64,000 nt of DNA from positions 4,050-68,049 of the forward strand of contig CAVYJC010000011.1 in the NCBI GenBank assembly GCA_963768715.1. Direction: 5' to 3'. The notes under the pieces are model-generated. The model was not told where the DNA came from. It did not search any database and was given only the letters and a program-made list of their open reading frames with translations. Of the stretch, positions 1 through 8,592 are shown piece by piece (the first letter of the stretch is position 1; each line of letters starts with the position of its first letter). Source of the stretch: an uncultured Bacteroidota bacterium (GTDB lineage Bacteria > Bacteroidota > Rhodothermia > Rhodothermales > DATKEJ01). A program made the translations under genes and the position numbers.

Positions 1-262
1 TACCCTTCTCGAGATCGCCGGAACTCGCTCGTTCGGTCCTCGGAAACCGGTTGTTGGATATCGGACCTCGGATCCCTTGCCGCTAGGCGAAGGCGCCGGT
101 TGATCCCAGGTGACAGAGACTTTGTGTATATGGGTTTTATTCCCCTGACAGGGCTGCTTGGTTTTGCCCAAATCAGAACCTAAAATGCGGGGGAAAACCT
201 CAGCTCGCGTAGGTGCTGACAGCAAACCGGGTTCGCAGATCACTTCAACTTCACACGGACAA

Positions 263-853
263 ATGAACGTAGCACGATCAATTTCAAGAGCAGTTCGCCA
301 ACGCTTTAACGCCTCTCTCGTGATATCATCTCTCGTGATGCTGGCATTGGTAAACACCGGCTGTGACAGTGCAATGGTTACCGAAACTGCGGCTACAGCA
401 ACAGAGAATAGCGATCACGCATCGTTGGGCAAGAGGGGCGTCAGAGCGTCTGGTTCGGGGGAAATAGCCGTCACGTCAAATGGACGGACTTTTGCGTTTA
501 CTGCGGTCGAATTACCTGACGGACGCGCGACCGGGCAGTTGAGTCTCGATTACAAGCAAATCGATGTGCACGGGCATGGTGTGATCGATTGTCTCGCTGT
601 CGATGGCAATGTCGCGACGATGAGTGGGACGGTTACCACAGGCAGCTACTTTGGCGAAGACTTACGCGGTCTGGAACTTGCCTTCTGGTTTCGCGCAGAG
701 GATAATGGGGAACCCGGCATAAACGCCGATCGCATGACGGGCCTTTGGGTTGAGGAAATTGACCTTCCCTCTATTCCGGACTGCACGGGCGAACTTCCGT
801 TCACGCCTACGCTCTATACCATCGCTACCGGTAATATCAACGTAGGTGAATAG
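263..853 (+). CDS. hypothetical lipoprotein
   Basis: ORF 158..853. The in-frame ATG at 263 gives a signal peptide ending LALVNTGC (lipobox-like Cys). No family recognised. Confidence 0.45.
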   Translation: MNVARSISRAVRQRFNASLVISSLVMLALVNTGCDSAMVTETAATATENSDHASLGKRGVRASGSGEIAVTSNGRTFAFTAVELPDGRATGQLSLDYKQIDVHGHGVIDCLAVDGNVATMSGTVTTGSYFGEDLRGLELAFWFRAEDNGEPGINADRMTGLWVEEIDLPSIPDCTGELPFTPTLYTIATGNINVGE

Positions 854-879
854 TTAGCTGGTCATCGGGGCAGCGTCGG

Positions 880-1293
880 TTAGATCTCGTCCGTATAGCT
901 CTCCACGAAATACAGAAACCCGCTCAGTACCAACGCGACAATCGGGATGAGCGGAAGGCCAAACTGCAGGGGAAGCAGCATGGGCTCGGCGACGACCAGA
1001 TGGAGGTAGGTCAAAAGCGCCATGATGAGGACGCAGACGAAACTTGCGAGTCTTACCAGGTAGCCTCCAATCAGCATCACGCCGACGATGCCCTCCAGCG
1101 TCGGAAGGACGACCATCGTCAGTCCCTGGAGTGGAATATGCCCCGCGTCTAGCTGATTCATGAACGCGACCTTCAATTCCGGAACGAAGAAGGTGACGAC
1201 GCCCAGTCCTAGAACGAACAGGCCGAGCAGCACACGCGCTGCAGAAATAAAGGACGTATCACTCCCTGCAATGACGTCTTGAAACTCTCTCAT
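880..1293 (-). CDS. DoxX-like small integral membrane protein
   Basis: ORF 880..1503. The Met at 1293 (MREFQDV..) precedes 4 hydrophobic helices. The region upstream of 1293 is Arg/Ser-rich and overlaps tandem repeats. Confidence 0.55.
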   Translation of the reverse strand: MREFQDVIAGSDTSFISAARVLLGLFVLGLGVVTFFVPELKVAFMNQLDAGHIPLQGLTMVVLPTLEGIVGVMLIGGYLVRLASFVCVLIMALLTYLHLVVAEPMLLPLQFGLPLIPIVALVLSGFLYFVESYTDEI

Positions 1294-1426
1294 CTTTCGA
1301 TCGCCGGTTGATTGCAGCTCCACCTCGATGGGGAGTAGAGCCTTCCGTGGTTGCTTGTTCAGCGAATCGGTGCCTCCGCTTCTATAAGACGCGTAAGGAT
1401 TGTTCGGGAAGGATCTTCTGTTGGAC

Positions 1427-1458
1427 GTCCGTGGTCCGTGGTCCGTGGTCCTGTGTCC
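1427..1458. repeat. tandem heptamer array (GTCCGTG)x3 plus a degenerate unit
   Basis: Read directly: gtccgtg gtccgtg gtccgtg gtcctgt gtcc. Bracketed by ggatcttctg / agatcttctg. Confidence 0.9.
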
Positions 1459-1582
1459 AAGATCTTCTGAACGGCCTGCTTTCCGCATCGCCCCGTATTG
1501 CACGATGTACGGATACGCCGGCTCCCGACGTTGTCAGAATCGGCGTGTCCCTACGAAAGACAGGTACACCGGACGACTGCGG

Positions 1583-1614
1583 ACTAGAAGACTAGAAGAC
1601 CAGAAGACTAGAAG
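1583..1614. repeat. tandem octamer array (ACYAGAAG)x4
   Basis: Read directly: actagaag actagaag accagaag actagaag. Confidence 0.9.
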
Positions 1615-1666
1615 ACCCGACGACCGAAATTGCTTCTTGCATCCGTCACGACTAAACTCGCGCATC

Positions 1667-2410
1667 TTGGATGCCTTTCTCTCACCACACTACACTGGTC
1701 CGCCGTTCGAACTGTTCGGCGCGTCACACCTCTGGACGATCCTGGCAATGGCGATCGTCGGGGTCGTGATCATTCGTGCGGGTATGGCAGGGGGTGAATC
1801 GCTGCGGCGAGGCCTCCGGTGGACGATGGTCGGGATCTTCCTTTTTTGGGAGATCGAATGGCAGGTCTGGTACGTTGCAACCGGATTGTGGACCGTCCAG
1901 GGCCAATTGCCGCTGCACCTGTGTTCCATCATGATCTGGGTGGCCACCTACGGACTCGCGATGCAGGATGAACGCGTCTATCCGCTGATCTATTTCTTCG
2001 GCATTGCCGGATCTTTCCAGGCCGTGATCACTCCCGACGCCGTATTCGATTTTCCTCACGTCGAGTTTCTGAATACGATGATTTCGCACAGCTTGCTCGT
2101 CATCGTCGGATTCTGGATTGTGCTCGTCGAGCGATACCGTCCAACTTGGCGGGACATGGCGATGGCCCTGGTGACCCTGAATGTCTATGCACTGGTGGTC
2201 TATCCAATCGACGTGGCAATCGACGCGAACTACTTGTATGTCGTCGCCAAGCCCGCCACGGCCTCCCTGTATGATTTGTTTCCGGACTGGCCGTGGTATT
2301 TGTTGATCACCGAAGTGATTGCTGCGGCGATATTTGCCGCAATGTGCTGGCCGTTTAACCGTGTCAGCGTCACCCAGGCTGTGCAGAGAGTGTCCTCAGA
2401 GTCCGACTAG
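1667..2410 (+). CDS. YwaF/TIGR02206-like polytopic membrane protein
   Basis: ORF 1400..2410. Multi-TM protein with an LPLHLCS motif. The N-terminal 90 codons of the ORF cross the repeat arrays, so the start is set at the in-frame TTG at 1667. Start uncertain. Confidence 0.55.
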   Translation: MDAFLSPHYTGPPFELFGASHLWTILAMAIVGVVIIRAGMAGGESLRRGLRWTMVGIFLFWEIEWQVWYVATGLWTVQGQLPLHLCSIMIWVATYGLAMQDERVYPLIYFFGIAGSFQAVITPDAVFDFPHVEFLNTMISHSLLVIVGFWIVLVERYRPTWRDMAMALVTLNVYALVVYPIDVAIDANYLYVVAKPATASLYDLFPDWPWYLLITEVIAAAIFAAMCWPFNRVSVTQAVQRVSSESD

Positions 2411-2550
2411 GAGGCCAAGCTGTCCATGTCCTCCAGCGTTGGACCACCCCCGGCTTACGCTCCGTCAGGCTTCACTTCGTTTCGCCGAGACTTCGCTTCA
2501 GCCGCCCCCTCCCAAGGCGGACAGTTGTGCCTTTCTATGACGCCGGGACC

Positions 2551-3648
2551 CTAATTGAACCCGAAAACCGCCGGAAACGCGATCACCACAATCGCCGCCC
2601 ATGCTGCGTAAACGGGCAGATAAGACGTCTGCCAGCGTTCAAGGGTATCGAAACGGCGCCGACCCCGTAGGAATCCGACGCTGAGCCAAGCCGACCACGC
2701 CAGGTTGACCAGGATGATCAGGTTGAGACCCAATGCGGCCGTCTTGTTGGCACTGAATCCGAACTCCGAGATTCGTCCGGCGATTGCCGCGAGCGCCAGC
2801 AGATCTACGAGCAGGGCGGAGACCAACAGGACTAGCTGAAGACCGTCGAAGACACCCGCTCGTGCCTCGAGATCACGCGACGAGATCGTGTAGAGTGACA
2901 GTCCGAGAACGACGACCAGCAGCAAGTCGAATCCGATCAGTACGTTGCGCTCAATGTTGATCCCATTGCCGGTTACGACCATTGCAACCAGAAAGGCCAG
3001 CATCGCCACCGCGAACAGGGGAGTGAACAGGCGAGTGAGGACCGGCGCCATGTTTTCCATTACGCTCCGCTTGGTTTCCACCAGCCACGACGCGATGATG
3101 AAGCCGCCCGCGGCGCCGCAAGGCAGCAGCCACTCTCCGAGAAACGATTCGATGTCAACGCCGATCGCTCCGAACAGGAATCCAGTCAGGAGGGTCAGCA
3201 AACCTCCGCCGAGCGCGATCAGCACGTAGTAGACAAACAACTCGCCCGAGAACCGAACGAAGTTCATTCGGTGATCGCTCGAGTTCCATCGGCCGCCCGT
3301 GTATGCGACCCCGATCGCCAGCCACAAAGCGATGGGCAAGTGGAGCGCCGTGAGACCTTCGGTTGCGCCGCCCGAGACAAACGGGAAGACGTTGACGATC
3401 ACGCCGGCGGCCACGAACGATGCAGCGATCCAGGCGCCGTGCGACCGATCGAGTCCTCGCTTCCATCCAAAATAGACCGCCAGCAGCGGCAGCACGAAGA
3501 AGCTGAGGTTGCGCGCATAAAACGAATTTCCGCTGCCGAAGAGCGCGTAGCCGAGCAAATCCGGTAGCTTCACCGCGATTGCGGCCACTGCGGCCAGGCC
3601 GAGAACAACGAGGGTTTCATTGCGAAGACGGGAGGTTGATTTCTTCAT
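2551..3648 (-). CDS. polytopic membrane protein (DUF4153-like)
   Basis: 365-aa ORF with about 10 hydrophobic segments and an MKKSTSRLRNE start. Confidence 0.5.
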   Translation of the reverse strand: MKKSTSRLRNETLVVLGLAAVAAIAVKLPDLLGYALFGSGNSFYARNLSFFVLPLLAVYFGWKRGLDRSHGAWIAASFVAAGVIVNVFPFVSGGATEGLTALHLPIALWLAIGVAYTGGRWNSSDHRMNFVRFSGELFVYYVLIALGGGLLTLLTGFLFGAIGVDIESFLGEWLLPCGAAGGFIIASWLVETKRSVMENMAPVLTRLFTPLFAVAMLAFLVAMVVTGNGINIERNVLIGFDLLLVVVLGLSLYTISSRDLEARAGVFDGLQLVLLVSALLVDLLALAAIAGRISEFGFSANKTAALGLNLIILVNLAWSAWLSVGFLRGRRRFDTLERWQTSYLPVYAAWAAIVVIAFPAVFGFN

Positions 3649-3919
3649 GTTCGGTCGAGATAGCCGGGCTCAGATGCAAAAGGGTCCCGGCGTGCTCGTT
3701 CATGAAGCGGCGCGTTGGGCCACTCGTCTCGGCGAGGCGTCTGACGGCGACAAGGAACGCCTCCTCGATGCTCAGACCGGCATTGGAAAGGGTCGCGATC
3801 TCGGCTCGCAGACCCGCCTCGAGACCAGAGGCCTCGTTTTCGCCGGCTTCGGTCTCGTGACCGATCGTGTCGCGCCAGGCGGCAAGTTGCTGTTCGAGTC
3901 GGTCGTTGGTGTCGCTCAT
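3617..3919 (-). CDS. small helical protein, permease-prefix-like N-terminal module
   Basis: 100-aa ORF. 'GLSIEEAFLVAVRRLAE' resembles the helical prefix domains found ahead of membrane permeases. It overlaps the downstream membrane gene by 32 nt in another frame, so a frameshifted fusion is possible. Confidence 0.3.
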   Translation of the reverse strand: MSDTNDRLEQQLAAWRDTIGHETEAGENEASGLEAGLRAEIATLSNAGLSIEEAFLVAVRRLAETSGPTRRFMNEHAGTLLHLSPAISTEHEEINLPSSQ

Positions 3920-4076
3920 GGGGGCCTAGCATGTTCTCATGCCTACGTTTCGGCAAGACGGTGGATGCATTCTAGGTTACGAGGATACGATCTTGGAATG
4001 GAGGGGATCAACCGGTCAACGTGACCGGTATCCTATCTTAATGTGCTGCAAACGCACATGAGGCAGCAACATCCTG

Positions 4077-5033
4077 ATGAGAACGTCACTGATCATCGCC
4101 CTAAACCTGATCGCGGCCTTTTCGTTCGCGCAGGCGCCAGACACCTCGGTCGCCAGCCCCGATTCGACCTACTTCTACGGGATGGTAACCGCCAAGGAGT
4201 CTGGTGCACCTCTTGAAGGCTTTTCGATGGAGTTGTACCCGTCAACTGCGGATGGCGCTGATAGACATTCCGCCAAACTACTCACAGGACTCAATGGCAA
4301 GTATTCCGCCATGATACCACGTGGCCACTACTGGATCCAGGCATTTCAGACACGATACCGAGACGTGTATGGTACCGCCACATTCGACAGGGACACGGTT
4401 TCCCTGAACTTCCAGCTTGAGTTGGATTCCCTTGGAGTGGACTGCGGACTCGAAAGATACGAAGGTCGTCTGATCGATGGCGAACAGGACGGGAGGATCA
4501 CATATCCTACGTTGGACGCCCGAACACAGCTTGAAGAGTATGCGCGGGCCAAGGGTTTTTTCACACCGGACTCACTCCTCGATCTCATAGGGCCGCAAGA
4601 GCTACAATATCCGGGGTTCCCACACGAGTCGCCCTGGCGCTGCAGCGATTCCCCGTTCAGCCTCTATAAGGATCTAAACGGTGATGGTCGCAAAGATGCA
4701 GTGATGTTGGCAGGTGTTCCCAACTGCATCCGCTTCGTGCATTGCTTTACCGTTGCCAAGGGCGTCGAGTGCGCCAAGAGCTGGGCTTCGTACAACCCCG
4801 ACAAACCACCTGACATGGGCTTCGCGGAAGCATGCTTCATGGACGCGCGGGATTCCCAACGCAACAGGTTTTGGGTTCAGTATACTCCGTCAGAATTAGC
4901 TGCGTCGGGTTACGAAGTCAAAGGCAATCGAATCTATGACGACGGAATGATCGTGTGTGGGGTTGGAGCGTCCCCGACCGCATTTCCAGAGGTTCCCGAG
5001 TTGGTTCCGCCGGCATCTCGCGGTGAAAGGTGA
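4077..5033 (+). CDS. secreted hypothetical protein with N-terminal carboxypeptidase-regulatory-like fold
   Basis: Signal peptide MRTSLIIALNLIAAFSFAQA. 'YFYGMVTAKESGAPLEGFSMELYP' is a CarboxypepD_reg-like strand pattern. Confidence 0.5.
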   Translation: MRTSLIIALNLIAAFSFAQAPDTSVASPDSTYFYGMVTAKESGAPLEGFSMELYPSTADGADRHSAKLLTGLNGKYSAMIPRGHYWIQAFQTRYRDVYGTATFDRDTVSLNFQLELDSLGVDCGLERYEGRLIDGEQDGRITYPTLDARTQLEEYARAKGFFTPDSLLDLIGPQELQYPGFPHESPWRCSDSPFSLYKDLNGDGRKDAVMLAGVPNCIRFVHCFTVAKGVECAKSWASYNPDKPPDMGFAEACFMDARDSQRNRFWVQYTPSELAASGYEVKGNRIYDDGMIVCGVGASPTAFPEVPELVPPASRGER

Positions 5034-5077
5034 TTGCTTCCGAGCTACCCGTGAATTGGAGCCCCAGACCCCTCGAC

Positions 5078-5882
5078 TTATTCTCGGACGCGCGTCGCCC
5101 CCGACCGATTCTCCTCTGCTTCAGTCGGCTCTTCCGGAACGTCGAGAAGCGTCGATTTCGGCGCCGGCAGTTGCGCTTCGCTGTCGTGGAGGACTGACTG
5201 ACGTCCGACCCCTTTCGACTTGAGAACTCGCGCTGCGATCGCTTCCATCTGCTTCCTTCGCGTCCGAGCCCAGCTTGGCAGCGTCGACGCCGAGTAGCCG
5301 GCGACGCCCAGTCCGATCAGGGCCATCATGATGGTGAACAACACCTTCGGATCCAACGCGAAATCGTTCTGAGCCATCTTCATCAGCGCGACCATGAGGA
5401 TGAACAGAAACCATCCGAATCCTGCGATGATCGCGTAGCGGGTCTCCACTTTTCTCGTGCCGAAGCGGAGCCTTGCACCCGACTTAGTCGGTTCGACCAT
5501 GGCAAACAGATTTCCGTTTCGCCACTCGCGAAGTGCGCCGTCCAGAGTGATTTCCCCTCGCGCCTGAAACGTGTGGCGGAGGTCTACGACCAGGCGGTCC
5601 CAGTCATCTTCCGTGAACGGTCCTGGAATGTCGACCGTATGCGAAGCACTCACGGGAAGTCCCAGGAACGTCTCGGGCGCAACCTCGGGGATGTGGTCAT
5701 CCAATCCCGCTGCAGCCCGTGTCACGAACTCAGAGATCCAACCTGGCTCCGATCATCTGCAGCTCGTCGAGCGTCAAGCCCTCGCTGGCGGACGGATGGT
5801 CACTCGCTGCACGTTGGGCTGAAGCAGCGTGCTCAAAGATGGACGCTATCTCCTTTTCACTGTATCGTCGGTCGGTGGACAT
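5078..5882 (-). CDS. membrane protein, paralogue of 42313..43122, with an apparent 1-nt frameshift near 5745-5753
   Basis: An untracked 50-codon ORF (ATG 5882..stop 5730) reads MSTDRRYSEKEIASIFEHAA..GLTLDELQMIG. It aligns with the N-terminus of the 42313 protein (SEREIGAILKRAAE..GLTVEELQQLA). Shifting frame there gives SEPGWISEFVTRAAAGLD, matching SDTGIDPDQIRKAAAELD. Confidence 0.55.
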
Positions 5883-5960
5883 CCAGACGGTTGTTCGTCG
5901 TTAGGCTCCGGGCGATGCTCTAGGGCGGACATCGCAAACGTGAGGCAGGCCAATTAATCG

Positions 5961-7338
5961 TTAGAGTGCGTGCACTGGTTCCTTGACAATTGGACTTCGG
6001 CGGCGCAGGCCGACAAACGCAAACGTTGCAATGAGCGAAGCCAGGAAACTCCACAGCAGGATGTGCCGGATCCAGTATGTCCGCGCACCGTCCGTCGGAA
6101 AATTCGCCAGGGCCAACGGCGGCTTGAACCAGTACCGCTCGAGGTTTCCCCAGAAAAACGTACTGTTCTTGAAGAGCATGCTGTAGTCGTACCGGATATC
6201 CTCCACATTCGGCGGCCGCCGCCATTTGTAGATCGAGCTCGTAACGAACTGCCGTTCGACGATCCCGTTGACGTCCGCGAAATCGGCGTTGACGAACGTG
6301 CCGTCCTCGCCTTCGAGTTCCGGCCACCCCAGTCTTTGTAAACGCGAGCCGTCACCCGTCCCATGCGTCGTGCTGTCGCAGTTCTGACAGTTCCACCGTA
6401 TTGAGAAAGCGTCCGTTTTTATCCTTGGCGTAGACGAGACCATAACTCGGGTCCACCCATGCCCAGCGCCCTTGCTCGGGAATCCAAGCCTCTACCCATG
6501 TATGCCCGGTGAGGACGAAATCGTTGCCTTCAAGCCGAGCTCCCTGGATCAGTCTTGCCTGAAGGCCGGCCCGGTTCGCGAAATAGGTGAACATCTGGGC
6601 ATGCTGCGTGCACCATCCCTGCGACTCACCTGAGTCCATTTCCTTGTAGATCTGGAAGGGCGTCTTCCAGCGGAAATCCGGAGGGGGCGTGCCGCGGCAC
6701 TTTTGCCCGAGCTTGCTGCGGAAATGCGCCATGAGCTTCTCGAGGCGCTCGGTGACGGTGTCGTCGGACCGGATGCCGACCTGATTCTTCAGGATGTCGT
6801 CGGTTGCTGCGAGATCGTCCCGGCTCATGTAGCCGTAATCGTCGACCCAGGCGCTGACAGGATACTCTTCGAAGCGTGCTGTGGGCACGTCCGTTCGGAT
6901 GAGATACGTATCCGGCCGGGGCAGGCCGCGGTTCGTATGGAATGCCTCGGGGAGAAACCGGATCTCGATTTCAAGCGGCGGAAAGAGTCCTTCCGGTTCC
7001 GGGATCGCTTTGTAGAGGTGCATCGCTTCATCGCCGACCGGAGTAGGGAAGAAGGGGTTTGCACCCTGGTTCTGCGAGTAAGGCGCGCCTTCTTTGAGAA
7101 TGCGCCAACCCTCGACAGGGGCGTTCCAATTGAGCACGGCCTCGATGCCGCCGTCGACCTCTTTCCAGTCGGAAATCACCGGCCGGTCGGTCGAATAGTA
7201 AATGGTCGCGTAGGTGGTCGGATAGTAGCTGTCCTCCATGTCGCGATTCAGGAAGAAGGCGATGTTTGCAGCCAGGAGAAGGAGTGTGAGGGCGCCCAGA
7301 TAGGGAAGCCATCGACGTCGATTGACAGAGTCGGACAC
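5961..7338 (-). CDS. transglutaminase-like cysteine protease-fold membrane protein, with an apparent frameshift at 6352-6357
   Basis: Cys-His-Asp pattern: GWCTQHAQ ... GHTWVEAW ... WVDPS. N-terminal TM. ORF 6352..7338 ends ..HDAWDG*. Removing one base of the CCC run at 6355-6357 continues into ORF 5961..6443 (DGSRLQRLGW..., C-terminal TM). Confidence 0.6.
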
Positions 7339-7443
7339 AGGAGTAGCGGGTAGATCAGGTTTCCAGTCAGTCTATCTATCCAATATCCTGATTATCGGAC
7401 GGGTTATCCAGTGGGGTGTTATATCAAGGATCAATCGTCGACG

Positions 7444-7504
7444 CCCGCACGGGAATAAATCCCCATGTTCCCCACGCCCGCACGGGAATAAATCCCCGTG
7501 CTAC
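7444..7504 (-). repeat. two adjacent REP copies (variant 2; the left one is degenerate)
   Basis: cccgcacgggaataaatcccc[a/g]tg. The reverse complement reads GTAGCACGGGgatttattCCCGTGCGGG, i.e. a 5' GTAG followed by a hairpin. Confidence 0.75.
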
Positions 7505-7612
7505 AATGAATCACGCCCGCTAAAGCGGGCTGGGTGCGAAATGCCTTCCGGGTTCCAGCCGCATTACGATAGGGGCAATCCACAGCCCTGCGGCAGCAGG
7601 GCGGGACGTATT

Positions 7613-7641
7613 GTAGCACGGTTGCTTCAGCGCCGTGCGGC
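7613..7641 (+). repeat. REP copy (variant 1)
   Basis: GTAGCACGGttgcttcagcgCCGTGCGGC, preceded by the hairpin gccctgcggcagcagggc. The same module recurs 3x at 8271-8566. Confidence 0.75.
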
Positions 7642-7710
7642 CATGGCAGACGGCGCGACCGTCGAGGAGAGACGACAGGACCTGCAACCCCAACACCAGC
7701 TACCCGTGAT

Positions 7711-8110
7711 TCACCATCGTTCCAGATCGTCAATGAGTCTGCCTTTGCGGTGATGCGTCTCTTGATTCAAGACGTATTGCACGGTCCTGCCAATCTCCTG
7801 ACGCCTGATGGTGAATGCTCCGTACTCTGATTGCCAGGCGAAACTTGTTGGGCGAAGCATCCGACTCATCTTGAATGATGTGGCCCCCTTTGATGCGATC
7901 CACAAATGTCGCGACATCCAATGTTGGCGGAAGCGAAACCACCACGTGGACGTGGTCTTCAATCCCTCCTACGGCGTGCACAACCGCATTCAATTCTCGC
8001 GATTGCTTCCGTATTTCTGCATGGAGCGTCTCGCAAAGCGACCCCGAAATAAGAGGAGCTCGGCCCTTCGTTGACCAAACAAGGTGGTAATGCAGCTGGC
8101 AATATGGCAT
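7711..8110 (-). mobile_element. REP-associated tyrosine transposase (RAYT, IS200/IS605 TnpA-like Y1 HUH enzyme), with a frameshift at a G5/C5 run
   Basis: MPYCQLHYHLVWSTKGR..., HUH motif DHVHVVV. After deleting one base of ccccc at 7884-7888 the frame continues KGATSFKMS..FAWQSEYGAF..VQYVLNQETHHRK (catalytic Tyr / NQxxHH). The ORF track splits it into 7730..8209 and 7711..7962. Confidence 0.8.
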
Positions 8111-8202
8111 GGGTGTCGTGCGTTTCTGAATAGACACCTGGGGGCTACAAACGTAACCTGGATGCAATCGCAATCTCACCACGTGCGTCGATGACCCCAA
8201 CA

Positions 8203-8230
8203 CCCGCACGGGAATAAATCCCCGTGCTAC
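8203..8230 (-). repeat. REP copy (variant 2)
   Basis: Identical to the 7477..7504 core, followed by the hairpin cccgctgaagcgggc. Confidence 0.75.
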
Positions 8231-8270
8231 AATGGGTCAACCCCGCTGAAGCGGGCTAACGACAGTCGAA

Positions 8271-8566
8271 ATCGCCAGGAAGTGCCGAAAATTGAGGACA
8301 ACCCAGCCCTGCGGCAGCAGGGCGGGACGTATTGTAGCACGGTTGCTTCAGCGCCGTGCGGCTGGCGTCCCAATCGCCAGGAAGTGCCGAAATTTGAGGA
8401 CAACCCAGCCCTGCGGCAGCAGGGCGGGACGTATTGTAGCACGGTTGCTTCAGCGCCGTGCGGCTGGCGTCTGAATCGCCAGGAAGTGCCGAAATTTGAG
8501 GACAACCCAGCCCTGCGGCAGCAGGGCGGGACGTATTGTAGCACGGTTGCTTCAGCGCCGTGCGGC
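8271..8566 (+). repeat. tandem array, 3 x 102 bp, each unit ending in a variant-1 REP
   Basis: Unit starts (atcgccagga) at 8271, 8373 and 8475. GTAG of the REPs at 8334, 8436 and 8538. Confidence 0.9.
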
Positions 8567-8592
8567 CATGGCTGTCGCGTTCTCGCCAACGA

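Noticed and set aside
7322-7753. A 143-aa plus-strand ORF and its antisense partner 7431..7733.
   Set aside because: Both run through the REP copies and accessory hairpins downstream of the RAYT. The composition is repeat-derived and no family resemblance is present.
7884-7888. Programmed ribosomal frameshifting in the RAYT gene, as in IS1/IS3 transposases.
   Set aside because: The required shift is +1 at a G5/C5 run without a recognisable slippery heptamer or downstream structure. Y1 (IS200/RAYT) transposases are not known to use frameshifting. A homopolymer indel is the simpler explanation.
7431-8576. The repeat cluster considered as a possible CRISPR array.
   Set aside because: The units are contiguous 102-bp repeats without unique spacers. 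The short repeats are GTAG-hairpin REPs in both orientations flanking a RAYT. There are no cas genes in the window.
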